Below, piece by piece: positions 10,501 through 18,141 of a DNA stretch of 51,777 bases. The notes under the pieces were generated by a model. That model searched no databases, was not told the origin of the DNA, and was given only the letters and a program-made list of their open reading frames with translations. Every line of letters begins with the position of its first letter. Position 1 is the first letter of the stretch. The translations under genes were made by a program, and so were the position numbers. The stretch is taken from positions 1-51,777 of the forward strand of contig MGKD01000009.1 of the NCBI GenBank assembly GCA_001794605.1, in the 5' to 3' direction. Source of the DNA: Candidatus Yanofskybacteria bacterium RIFCSPHIGHO2_12_FULL_45_19b. GTDB taxonomy: Bacteria; Patescibacteriota; Minisyncoccia; 2-02-FULL-40-12; IGHO2-12-FULL-4.

Positions 10501-11698
10501 TAGGATAAAGAAAAAATGCATTTCCAGCGCGATCATGAATCTTTTCCCAAACTTCGTCTCCAGCCTCTACAAATTTTCTCCACAATCTAAGTTTTTTTGT
10601 GTTAATATCTATCTCTTCCGGACAATCCTCAGCCATTTTCTCGTAATACGGATCGTCTGGGGACATTTCATAGATAGCCGGCACCTCTTTGGCTAGGCGT
10701 AGATTTTCTTTGGTAAAGCCTTTCTCTTGCTTGCCGGTCTTATCAATTACTTCATATTTTTTAATAGTTTTGTTAAAGCGCAGTTCAAAATCTTCTGGTT
10801 TATAACCACGGTTGCGTAAACTAATTTCTAGTTCGGCCTTTAGCTCTTTCTGAGCAGATTGATTTTCAATATTAAAAACTTGGCCAAGCGGTCGGAAGCG
10901 TGCTTTTTCTAGCATGACTTCCAGTGAAGTTTTTTCAACATTAATAAGCATAGCTAATATCTCTCTTGCTACCTCCTCACCAACAAGATTTGAACTAAAC
11001 ATAGTTGTTAGGTCTAGGACTACTTCCAGTACATCGGGGTTTTTATCGTTGGCTCGTAAGTATTCTACTATCGGAGCAGTATAGTAATGTGGCTCTAAAG
11101 CTAGCCGAGCTTGTTCAATGTTAGTTTCCCCTAATTGCTCACCCAAAGATAAACCAGTCAGTGGAGTTTCTTGTTCGACCACTTGTCGTAAACGAATAAA
11201 ATTTTCGTAGTAGTGGTCTATCTCTTCAGCTAAGTCTTTGGTGGGTAAACTAAACCTACGATCGCCGATCTTAAACACCGCCGGCGTTCTTAGGCCAGAC
11301 TCCCTATCTTTTAGATGGCCCTCCACAAACATTTCTAAACTCAAGAAGTCTGCCTCATCTGCGTCGTTCCTATCATCTAAAAAGGGTTTGTATTCTTTTA
11401 TTTTGTTATTTAATTTTATCGCAAAATCTGGATGTTTGCTCAAAAAATCTGGAGAGTAAATACCAACCAGTCGTTCTGTCCGGCCCAAACTAAGCGCATC
11501 TGCTAATTCTAAGCCATCCTCTAGGGAGTGCTCGAATACTCTGTTAATCAAACAGTCACGCTCCATTACTGGTAGAGTTGGGCCAGTGTCTTTTAGTTTT
11601 TCAAACAAAACTTCTTTCTGTTTTTCTAAATCAAAATAGTCAACCTTTTCTGGGGTACTAGTAGTTGACAGATTTGGGGTTTCTTTTGGGTTTGGCAT
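7538..11698 (-). CDS. giant (~1386 aa) protein with C-terminal transglutaminase-like cysteine protease core
   Basis: Cys-His-Asp core pattern: YAGVCADFAKLTTALLRECGFVSGMIQG ... NSHGVSFALWP ... VLDGTP. Start set to ATG 11698 (MPNPKETPNL), because the tracked start 11770 runs through the rpsI terminator. Confidence 0.7.
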   Translation of the reverse strand: MPNPKETPNLSTTSTPEKVDYFDLEKQKEVLFEKLKDTGPTLPVMERDCLINRVFEHSLEDGLELADALSLGRTERLVGIYSPDFLSKHPDFAIKLNNKIKEYKPFLDDRNDADEADFLSLEMFVEGHLKDRESGLRTPAVFKIGDRRFSLPTKDLAEEIDHYYENFIRLRQVVEQETPLTGLSLGEQLGETNIEQARLALEPHYYTAPIVEYLRANDKNPDVLEVVLDLTTMFSSNLVGEEVAREILAMLINVEKTSLEVMLEKARFRPLGQVFNIENQSAQKELKAELEISLRNRGYKPEDFELRFNKTIKKYEVIDKTGKQEKGFTKENLRLAKEVPAIYEMSPDDPYYEKMAEDCPEEIDINTKKLRLWRKFVEAGDEVWEKIHDRAGNAFFLYPNGKRSKMYKLIEDIKKEGDKILFTAVLESRQPEDNSQQVVVDGEFVNSDNSFGTSANECVVEGDDIYWIGTKQLVRPGMHDANTEYQSVIFKNGRIIKGNTISKGRFSNLAVKNGVVSYRISRGFVGHEIKQSLFTGEREFGPYRDLVTASGKSTDYFYAEKDSGEKIIYNNGEELPINLTGEVQEITKAGDEVFLVVTTEVKVGSGPMTREYRNIINQQGEVVSDIHRQLNLFPSFDGKLTYSTNTDTVRSADRMAETIHFGDRVIEGGGLLYPVGILNGRLLYTKMSDGKVKNLRLKLLGRETVDLGIEQVNPEDITLNNDQLGIPIYYDGKVHRYLFYSPEFTLTDSEQRKLELLNALMLEEVEPIKDYLAKYHPEREVEPLNKLKNYLKRSKKVAGTISELIKASPSLFLDLIKAKSDDTTNQAIDHLIFSLFPDLQREIEWRKRRSFFDRGSGHSRSDGSGIFDGRQNTTEFRDGDPKQSVNTELLHLREPMNEMLSTGIYGRYDSKRNLWEQAPFPLATNHIGSTREVTAEIQKTKGKKSVILPKGINASIIPERVIGIKAGGIEVALTPEFNTMGEARVKLKEDEDGEDIERVIYSQTIQDLPLVPETIGADEYQKFKMRCEKNFGLEVSQPIAKLPTELKVFVKSIVGLSPVEKLEAIESFVRSIAHYDFDNRTVQAEKSGKNITEIISVMTQRLKDLKRTAKPEERNNFTNKKYAGVCADFAKLTTALLRECGFVSGMIQGLQPGPGETVLTDKNSHGVSFALWPAESYKAQVIVLDGTPSGTDDEEEKLLANVRFPSLSERSQAFKEQLVSLNNEAERELTALERLVASLDVEEIKKLQNGKLEKALNIILKEVKESHLNIIRRALNASRYAGFDLVMMAHGDNAQEQAFQRFLVEEIAKERKTEKSEAAFKGGDLLNTIEEFTQRYSKDGYFGGELAALDIIQRIFDLSREHLNPVELRSATAVVTYLHARGMSGH

Positions 11699-11730
11699 CT
11701 GTCTTAATTTAATCACAAAAATACCCAACC

Positions 11731-11755
11731 AAAAAGCACCCGAAGGTGCTTTTTG
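11731..11755 (-). terminator. rho-independent terminator after rpsI
   Basis: aaaaaGCACCcgaaGGTGCttttt: a perfect 5-bp GC stem with a tetraloop and U-runs on both strands. Confidence 0.7.
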
Positions 11756-11776
11756 GTGAGATAAGTACACAAAAGT

Positions 11777-12256
11777 TTATCTTTTGGCCCATTGCGGGGC
11801 TTTGCGAGCTTTCTTGAGGCCGTACTTACGGCGCTCTTTTTCGCGCGGGTCGCGGGTGAGGTAGCCAGCCTTACGTAGTTTCTTGGAAAAGTTTCCATCA
11901 AATAAAGTTAGGGCACGAGACAAACCATGCCGTACGGCTTCGGCCTGACCAGTAACACCACCACCACTGACTTTGGTAATCGCCTTGAAACGATTGATGG
12001 ATTTGAGTTTTTTGAAAGGTGACTCGATAGTTTCCCACAGCTCCTGATCTTTAAAGTAATCGGTATAGTTTTTACCATTGACTTGCACCAAGGCGCGAGT
12101 TTCATCGCCAGTTTCGTCCACTGATTTCTTAGTATAAATACGGACTTGAGCAATGGCACTTTTGCGACGACCGACGGCATAAAAATACTTAGCCTCTTCG
12201 GCTTTAGTGACCTCCTTTTTTGTGGCTTCTTTTTCTTTAGTAGCTTTGGTAGCCAT
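11777..12256 (-). CDS. rpsI: 30S ribosomal protein S9
   Basis: AVGRRKSAIAQVRI, GGGVTGQAEAVRHGLSRAL and a C-terminal KKARKAPQWAKR. Lys/Glu-rich N-terminal extension. Confidence 0.95.
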   Translation of the reverse strand: MATKATKEKEATKKEVTKAEEAKYFYAVGRRKSAIAQVRIYTKKSVDETGDETRALVQVNGKNYTDYFKDQELWETIESPFKKLKSINRFKAITKVSGGGVTGQAEAVRHGLSRALTLFDGNFSKKLRKAGYLTRDPREKERRKYGLKKARKAPQWAKR

Positions 12257-12260
12257 GGGT

Positions 12261-12602
12261 CTAGTTAAAAATTAAATTTTTGATGATGTGATCGCGCTGG
12301 CGATTCTTAGGCAACATGCGATAGACGCTGGAACGAAACACCTTAGCTGGAGCCTTGGCCCACTCGGTCTCTAGGGTGCGAGCGCGCATACCACCCGGAT
12401 AACCGGAATAGTGGTAATAGGTGCGCTGTTCCATTTTATGACCAGTAAACTTGATCTTAGCGACATTACTAATCACTACCTTGTTAGTCGGTAAAACATT
12501 GGGTAACCAAGCCGCCTCGTCTTTGCCACGCAAAAGGACGGCCACCTCGCTGGCTAAACGGCCGAAAACTTTATCAGTTGCATCGATATGATGTTCTTTC
12601 AT
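12261..12602 (-). CDS. rplM: 50S ribosomal protein L13 (short form, 113 aa)
   Basis: DATDKVFGRLASEVAVLLRGK and YYHYSGYPGGMR. Confidence 0.9.
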   Translation of the reverse strand: MKEHHIDATDKVFGRLASEVAVLLRGKDEAAWLPNVLPTNKVVISNVAKIKFTGHKMEQRTYYHYSGYPGGMRARTLETEWAKAPAKVFRSSVYRMLPKNRQRDHIIKNLIFN

Positions 12603-12606
12603 GCTT

Positions 12607-12957
12607 TTATTTCACAAATTCTATTACCGCCATGGGCGAGGCATCGCTTTTGCGCGGTGATAGTTTGGTAATTCTAGTGTAACCACCCGGGCGGGTTTTA
12701 TAGCGGGGGCCCAACTCGGCGCATAATTTATTGGCCATGGTAACATCTAGGCGAGAAGCAAGCAAACGGCGGTTAGCGATGGTATCAACCTTACTTTTGG
12801 TGACCAGCTTTTCGATATAGGGGCGTAAACTCTTCGCTTTCGCCTCAGTGGTAGTAATTTTTTCGTGTTTAATCAACGCGCGCAACAAACTAACCAGCAA
12901 GGCGGAGCGCTGTTTGTTGGTACGACCAAACTTTCGATTTTTCTTTAAATGTTGCAT
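12607..12957 (-). CDS. rplQ: 50S ribosomal protein L17
   Basis: MQHLKKNRKFGRTNKQRSALLVSLLRALIKHEKITTTEAKAK. Confidence 0.95.
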   Translation of the reverse strand: MQHLKKNRKFGRTNKQRSALLVSLLRALIKHEKITTTEAKAKSLRPYIEKLVTKSKVDTIANRRLLASRLDVTMANKLCAELGPRYKTRPGGYTRITKLSPRKSDASPMAVIEFVK

Positions 12958-12963
12958 GGATGA

Positions 12964-13743
12964 TTACTTTTTTTTCTTGGCCTTCAATTTTGGTTTGGCT
13001 TCATTGTTTTCGTCAACCAATTCAGACTCCTCTTCATCAATTGATTCATCGGTTTTCTCACCCACAAAGGCGTCGCTCAAAACTCGGAAATTGTCGTTTA
13101 ATAACTCAACGGCTTTTAGCAAAGCTTCGCGTGGAGCAATCGTGCCGTCGGTACTAATATCCATCACTAATTTGTTGTAGTCAGTGCGCTGACCAACCCG
13201 GATATTTTCCACGGCAAAGTTTACATTGGTAATCGGTGAGAAGATGGCATCAACCGCAATGGTACCAACGGAGATTTTTTCTTTCTGGCGCTGTTCCACT
13301 GGCATATAGCCGATACCACGCTCAGCAGTAAGTTCTATTTCTAACGTAGTCTTTTTATCGGTAATAGTAGCGATGTGTTGGTCCTTACTGATTATCTCGA
13401 TATTGCTGGGAGCTTTAATGTCTTTACCAGTGATAGTCTTAGCCCCGCTGGCGTTAATGGTTAAAATTACTGGATCATCGGTAAACATTTTTAAGCGCAA
13501 GCGTTTAACGTTTAAGATAATTTGGATGACATCTTCTAATACGCCGGGGATAACAGAGAACTCATGACTAACGTCTTTAATTTTTACCGTAGTAATAGCG
13601 GCGCCACCAATTGAAGATAAGAGCACACGGCGCAGAGCGTTACCAATAGTAACACCATAACCCGGGTGTAGTGGCGTTAAAGCGAAATTTAACTGGTGGT
13701 CGTTTTCGCTGATTATTTTTACTTCTTCTGGTAGCTGGATCAT
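12964..13743 (-). CDS. rpoA: DNA-directed RNA polymerase alpha subunit, N-terminal domain only (259 aa)
   Basis: TPLHPGYGVTIGNALRRVLLSSIGGAAITTVKI and the alpha-NTD layout. It ends in an acidic then Lys-rich tail (DESIDEEESELVDENNEAKPKLKAKKKK) with no recognisable alpha-CTD. Confidence 0.9.
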   Translation of the reverse strand: MIQLPEEVKIISENDHQLNFALTPLHPGYGVTIGNALRRVLLSSIGGAAITTVKIKDVSHEFSVIPGVLEDVIQIILNVKRLRLKMFTDDPVILTINASGAKTITGKDIKAPSNIEIISKDQHIATITDKKTTLEIELTAERGIGYMPVEQRQKEKISVGTIAVDAIFSPITNVNFAVENIRVGQRTDYNKLVMDISTDGTIAPREALLKAVELLNDNFRVLSDAFVGEKTDESIDEEESELVDENNEAKPKLKAKKKK

Positions 13744-13815
13744 ATTTTTGTCTTAGACTCTGATCTACGGGGCCGCCTTTTGGTGGCACACGCGATCAGC
13801 TGAATAAGCTTTTAA

Positions 13816-14451
13816 TTACCTGGAATAATATTCGATAATTGACTGAATATCTTTAAAAGCTAGGCCACTGTCGGCAAAAGTCGGGCGGCGCAAGACTTTT
13901 ACTAAAACGGTATCACGATTTACCTCAAGCCAATCCGGTGACTGGGCCTTTTTAAACCAGTCGGTGATGTAGGTGGTAAAATACTTACCCTTGGCACTAC
14001 CGGGGCGTACTTTAATTTCGTCGTTTTTCTTAACCTGGAAGGACGGGATGTTGGTCTTTATTCCATTTACCAAAATGTGCCCGTGGGTAACGAGTTGTCG
14101 GGCTTGATCACGCGATTGCGCTAAGCCGGCCTTATAAATCGTATTATCAAGACGCTGTTCCAGTTTTTGTACCAAGGCATTACCGGTTTCATCTTTTGAT
14201 TCAATGGCGGCTTTGGCATAAGACTTAAACTGTTTCTCCATCATGCGATAAGTGAATTTAATCTTCTGTTTGGCACTCAACTGGGCGCCAAATTCAGAAA
14301 CTTTTTTAAACTGATTTTTGCCATGCATACCCGGCGGGTAGGGCTTGCGCACGGTAGCTGATTTAGGGGAAAGCGAACGCTCTCCTTTCAAAAAGAGCTT
14401 AACTCCCAAGCGACGCTCCAGCTTTTCTTTTGGTCCAGTATATCGTGCCAT
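13816..14451 (-). CDS. rpsD: 30S ribosomal protein S4
   Basis: MARYTGPKEKLERRLG and an S4 RNA-binding domain (LDNTIYKAGLAQSRDQARQLVTHGHILVNG). Confidence 0.95.
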   Translation of the reverse strand: MARYTGPKEKLERRLGVKLFLKGERSLSPKSATVRKPYPPGMHGKNQFKKVSEFGAQLSAKQKIKFTYRMMEKQFKSYAKAAIESKDETGNALVQKLEQRLDNTIYKAGLAQSRDQARQLVTHGHILVNGIKTNIPSFQVKKNDEIKVRPGSAKGKYFTTYITDWFKKAQSPDWLEVNRDTVLVKVLRRPTFADSGLAFKDIQSIIEYYSR

Positions 14452-14574
14452 GTAAATTAATTATCACTTACCGTTTTCCATTGATTTATCATTGTTTCAT
14501 TTCCCCTTTGTCTAAAAATGAGAAAATGTCTAAATGGATAAATTGACGGTAATTGGAAAATGGTCATTTGTTTG
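14452..14574 (-). repeat. GAAAATG-rich imperfect palindromic intergenic repeat, copy B
   Basis: Fills the rpsK-rpsD spacer. Arms cttaccgttttccattgatttatc / gataaattgacggtaattggaaaatggt are imperfectly inverted. High identity to copy A (2611-2735) and partial copy C. Confidence 0.8.
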
Positions 14575-15018
14575 TTATACGCGGCGTGGTTTAGGTGGAC
14601 GGACGCCGTTATGCGCTACCGGGGTGTTGTCAACAATACTATTAACATTAAAACCCGCCCCAATTAAGGCGCGAATGGCCGCCTCGCGACCAGGCCCAAT
14701 TCCACTGACGGAAATGGCTAGGTCTACCATACCAACGCGCTTAGCTTTCTCACCCACCTCCTTAGCTACCATAGTAGCGGCGTAAGGGGTTGATTTACGC
14801 GCACCCTTGAAGCCCAGTGAGCCGGCTGAGGTCCAAGCAATGACATTGCCATCGGCATCGGAAATCGAAACAATGGTGTTGTTGTAAGAGGAAGTAATAT
14901 GCGCCTGACCTTTGAGCACAGCTTGGTGCTGTTTCTTTTTGCCCGTGCCAGTCTTAGCGACATCGGTTGAGTCGGTTGGCGTAGTCTCAGTTTTGGTAAC
15001 TATTTTTTTCTTACCCAT
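14575..15018 (-). CDS. rpsK: 30S ribosomal protein S11
   Basis: HITSSYNNTIVSISDADGNVIAWTSAGSLGFKGARKSTPYAA. Confidence 0.95.
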   Translation of the reverse strand: MGKKKIVTKTETTPTDSTDVAKTGTGKKKQHQAVLKGQAHITSSYNNTIVSISDADGNVIAWTSAGSLGFKGARKSTPYAATMVAKEVGEKAKRVGMVDLAISVSGIGPGREAAIRALIGAGFNVNSIVDNTPVAHNGVRPPKPRRV

Positions 15019-15128
15019 CGTCCCAGTGCCGATATTGTCCCTTTGGTTGAAATCTATCCCCTCGTCACAGTCTTTTGGTTATCAGACTACCGAGGTTGGA
15101 TCAACTACGGCTTGCAATATCGGAATTA
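15019..15128 (-). repeat. structured operon spacer, paralogue 1 (rod-like hairpin with conserved flanks) directly 5' of rpsK
   Basis: Shares TAATTCCGATATTGC (5') and TCGGCACTGGGAC (3', abutting the start codon) with 15664-15775. CCGATATTG/CAATATCGG closes nested stems (GTTGA/TCAAC, CCTCG/CGAGG, AGTCT/AGACT). Confidence 0.6.
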
Positions 15129-15160
15129 TGATTGATTTACTTATTCTAAGCTTTATTTAA

Positions 15161-15547
15161 CTAAGTCTTTTCGTTAGCCGATTTTTTCCCAGAGCCCATG
15201 GTCTTGCGCTGGTTGCCGCGATTGGTACGAGAGTTGGTCTTACTGCGACCGTGGACTGGTAGGTGACGAGCATGGCGTAATCCCCGCCAAGAGCTGATTT
15301 CTTTTAGACGTTGGATGTTTGCCCCTACTTCACGTTTTAAATCACCACTGACGCGGAAATTCTTATCAATCACTCCCTGGATCTTGTTCACCTCTTCGGT
15401 GGTCAGTTCCTTGGTCGATTTGTCAAATTTTATACCAGCAGAATCCAACACTAACTTACTGGCATGCGGACCAATCCCAAAAATATAGGTTAAAGAAATG
15501 CCGATCTTCTTGTTGTCTGGGATGACTATCCCGGAAATTCTTGCCAT
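15161..15547 (-). CDS. rpsM: 30S ribosomal protein S13
   Basis: MARISGIVIPDNKKIGISLTYIFGIG and a basic C-terminus. Confidence 0.95.
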   Translation of the reverse strand: MARISGIVIPDNKKIGISLTYIFGIGPHASKLVLDSAGIKFDKSTKELTTEEVNKIQGVIDKNFRVSGDLKREVGANIQRLKEISSWRGLRHARHLPVHGRSKTNSRTNRGNQRKTMGSGKKSANEKT

Positions 15548-15550
15548 GAA

Positions 15551-15664
15551 TTAACCCTGCCGTTGCTTATGCTTTTTTATTTTGCAAATACAAAAAATTA
15601 CACCCTCGCGCTTAACGATCTTGCAATGCCGACACATCTTTTTTACGGAAGCTCTTACCTTCAC
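15551..15664 (-). CDS. rpmJ: 50S ribosomal protein L36 (37 aa, GTG start; too short for the ORF track)
   Basis: Hand translation gives (M)[36 protein letters not shown] with the CxxC...C...H zinc pattern. It occupies the canonical infA-rpmJ-rpsM position. Confidence 0.9.
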   Translation of the reverse strand: MKVRASVKKMCRHCKIVKREGVIFCICKIKKHKQRQG

Positions 15665-15775
15665 GTCCCAGTGCCGACGTTGTCTTGCCTTGAAACCCGC
15701 GCGTTGAGCTTATCCCAGTCTTCCGGTGATACCTCTTCCTTAGTGCGCAAGCTCGGCAGTGCAATATCGGAATTA
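15664..15775 (-). repeat. structured operon spacer, paralogue 2, directly 5' of rpmJ
   Basis: Same conserved flanks as 15019-15128. The closing stem has one wobble and one mismatch. The interior differs but still folds as a rod (GAGCTT/AAGCTC, TGCC/GGCA). Confidence 0.6.
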
Positions 15776-15923
15776 AAACCGATAACCTTATTCCTCGTTC
15801 CTTCGGTAATCTGTCCCTGCGTGCTCAACGCACGGCTCAACTTCGGCCTGCGCAACGCCGGAGGCTGCCTCCTACGCCGAAGTGGCTACGAAGGCCGAGT
15901 CGGCGAGGCGAGCAGCGGGACGG

Positions 15924-16139
15924 CTAATTACGAAAAACTATTCTACCACGCTCACCATCCGGACTGAGTTCGAGTACTACTCGATCACCAATCATCACCT
16001 TAATATAGTTAAGGCGCATTTTGCCAGCGAGATAGGCTAGCACTTCTTTACCATCGTCGAGTTTAACACGGAAATTAGTATCCGGCAATGCCTCACTGAT
16101 TACTCCTTCGACACGGTTTTTCTTCTCTAATTCTGACAA
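15924..16139 (-). CDS. infA: translation initiation factor IF-1
   Basis: GVISEALPDTNFRVKLDDGKEVLAYLAGKMRLNYIKVMIGDRVVLELSPDGERGRIVFR. The tracked start codon is TTG, so the exact start is uncertain. Confidence 0.9.
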   Translation of the reverse strand: MSELEKKNRVEGVISEALPDTNFRVKLDDGKEVLAYLAGKMRLNYIKVMIGDRVVLELSPDGERGRIVFRN

Positions 16140-16210
16140 TAGAGTGGGAAGTTAGTTGTCTTAATGACTCTGAAATGGTAACAAAATCGTTATTTTTAGT
16201 CAACCCCCTA

Positions 16211-18133
16211 CTACTGGTAGATTAGCTCCAACTTAATATCGGCCTGGTTCTTTGGGATACTGCGCACCCAGAAGGGCGAAAGCAGTACCTTAACGGACTC
16301 AATTTCTTTGATTCCGAGGAAGTATTCTTTGATTTTGTCCTGGCCTAGCCCAGAGATGTCCTTGAGGATTTTATCTCCGTCTATCCGTGAAGCCGCCTGG
16401 CCAGAAACCCGCATGGTAAAGTCTAGTTGGTGTTTGGCGGTATCTAATTTGGGTTCCCCGTACTCTACATTAATGGTGCCTTTTAGTGGTGTTACTTGAC
16501 CATTTTTGCCAACATAAAGTTCAATCAGTTTATCAATATCTTCGGTGCGAAAGACCACAGTGGCCGATTCGGCTTTGGCCGAGACGGAAAAAGTATCAAC
16601 CGCGTCATCGCTTTGGGCAGTGCTGACAATCGGGAGCGGGTTAACATCGATTGGTTCAATAATGTGCAGTCCGTTGACCTGGTTCAGTAGGCCGGTTTTG
16701 GCTTGTTCGATCACCAACTGGCTAACCGCCGCTTTGGCGTCAATAATATCTTTTTCTGTCACCACCTTGGCTTGTCCAACCTTGCCACCAATCGTCGAGG
16801 TGGTAGATTCGCCGTAAAAACCAGCAAACTTTGGACTACCCTTAAAACCCGGGATAGTGAATTTGCCGGCGGGGATGTTGTACTCCTCACCCGGTTTGTC
16901 GGCGATAATTTCTACCCTAACTGATCCTGGTGTAGTTTTGCCATTAATTAATCTGGTTCCGGGGACAGTGATAGAGCGTTGGATGCGAAAGATTAAGCCC
17001 TTAGCTGATTCAAAGCGAGTGGTGGTAATTAAGTTTTGTGGTTCAGAGTTGTAGTTATTATAAACCGTGATTTCGCCCCGGGCTTTTTTTACTACCATTT
17101 GCTGGCCACTGGCCGGAAAGTCTTTTTTGACCTCACCAGTGTAGGAAAGAAACTGTCCAGGAATACGGTAAGTGACGGCATCAACCTGAGTGTAGCTGTC
17201 GGCCGTGGAAGCGCTTAATTTAAAATCAATTGGTTGACGCTGGGGTTTAATTTGCACGGTGGCTTTACCAAAAAACAAGTAGATGGCTACTAAAAATACT
17301 ACTATCCCGGCGATGCTGAAAATTAATTTACCATGCCGACCAATTCTTTTTGCTTTGGTTTTGGTTGACTTGATGTTTGACCAGATGCTATCTTTTGCTC
17401 CGACGGTGCCGTCACTACGGCGTAACCACATATTCTCTAGCTCCTCTTGATCGTTAGTTTCCGGATTTCGGTCGTGTCTAATTTCAACTCGTTCGCTTAG
17501 AGAGGGTTCTTTTCTGACTTTTAGGTTGCTTGCCTCACCAGGAGCTTTAATATCATCCATTTGGCGCGGGTTAATCCGCGCCATGGTTAAATCTGCCAAA
17601 GTGTCGGCGTCTTCTTTTTCTTCATCAAAACGTGGGCGATCACTCTCGTCCTCTTCTTCTTTATCTTCTTTTTCATTCTCATCCACCGCTTTTTCGTCGT
17701 CGCCGGTCTCTATGTCGATGAGCTCTTCATCATCAGCGTCGTCTTTTACATTATCTTCATCGGGATCAATTACAATTGCCACATCATCAGAGTCTCTATC
17801 ATTATCATCGTCAGTGCTGGCCCTTCGGTTTATACTGGCAAAACTGACCACTCCGCTACTTGATGAGCGTGGTTTATTGGGTACAGTTAGTAACTTAAAC
17901 CCATATTTACCCGCCCAATGACAGACCTTTTCATCAGCACTCATCACACTGATAGTTTTGCTTTGTGATTTGGCGGTTTCCGCTAGGCTAGAAAAGCTCT
18001 CTTCTAAGCGAGCGGCTTTACTGCTTTTGGGAAAGATTAAAATTATTTCCTCAGCCGTTGAGCTTTTTATGACTGACAATAGATCGGCTAGCTCATCGTC
18101 TTTTTGGACGTTAACAATTTTGGTGGAAGCCAT
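16211..18133 (-). CDS. hypothetical single-pass membrane protein with long acidic disordered linker
   Basis: 640-aa ORF with a D/E-rich low-complexity stretch, then a TM (LIFSIAGIVVFLVAIYLFF), then a beta-rich extracellular region. No motif recognised. Confidence 0.6.
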   Translation of the reverse strand: MASTKIVNVQKDDELADLLSVIKSSTAEEIILIFPKSSKAARLEESFSSLAETAKSQSKTISVMSADEKVCHWAGKYGFKLLTVPNKPRSSSSGVVSFASINRRASTDDDNDRDSDDVAIVIDPDEDNVKDDADDEELIDIETGDDEKAVDENEKEDKEEEDESDRPRFDEEKEDADTLADLTMARINPRQMDDIKAPGEASNLKVRKEPSLSERVEIRHDRNPETNDQEELENMWLRRSDGTVGAKDSIWSNIKSTKTKAKRIGRHGKLIFSIAGIVVFLVAIYLFFGKATVQIKPQRQPIDFKLSASTADSYTQVDAVTYRIPGQFLSYTGEVKKDFPASGQQMVVKKARGEITVYNNYNSEPQNLITTTRFESAKGLIFRIQRSITVPGTRLINGKTTPGSVRVEIIADKPGEEYNIPAGKFTIPGFKGSPKFAGFYGESTTSTIGGKVGQAKVVTEKDIIDAKAAVSQLVIEQAKTGLLNQVNGLHIIEPIDVNPLPIVSTAQSDDAVDTFSVSAKAESATVVFRTEDIDKLIELYVGKNGQVTPLKGTINVEYGEPKLDTAKHQLDFTMRVSGQAASRIDGDKILKDISGLGQDKIKEYFLGIKEIESVKVLLSPFWVRSIPKNQADIKLELIYQ

Positions 18134-18141
18134 TACGAATA

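Noticed and set aside
15790-15835. Group II intron domain V-like GAGCCGTGCG...GCACGC hairpin
   Set aside because: The basal pairing and the 2-nt bulge expected for domain V are absent. There is no GUGYG 5' end or intron ORF.
15563-15967. 134-aa plus-strand ORF and 64-aa minus-strand ORF (15661-15855) in the infA-rpsM spacer
   Set aside because: The plus ORF is antisense to the clearly real rpmJ. The minus ORF reads through the structured repeat into the rpmJ start. Neither has protein-like sequence or an RBS.
17526-17921. 131-aa Ser-rich plus-strand ORF
   Set aside because: It is the mirror image of the Asp/Glu-rich low-complexity stretch of the 640-aa minus-strand gene, a classic antisense artefact.
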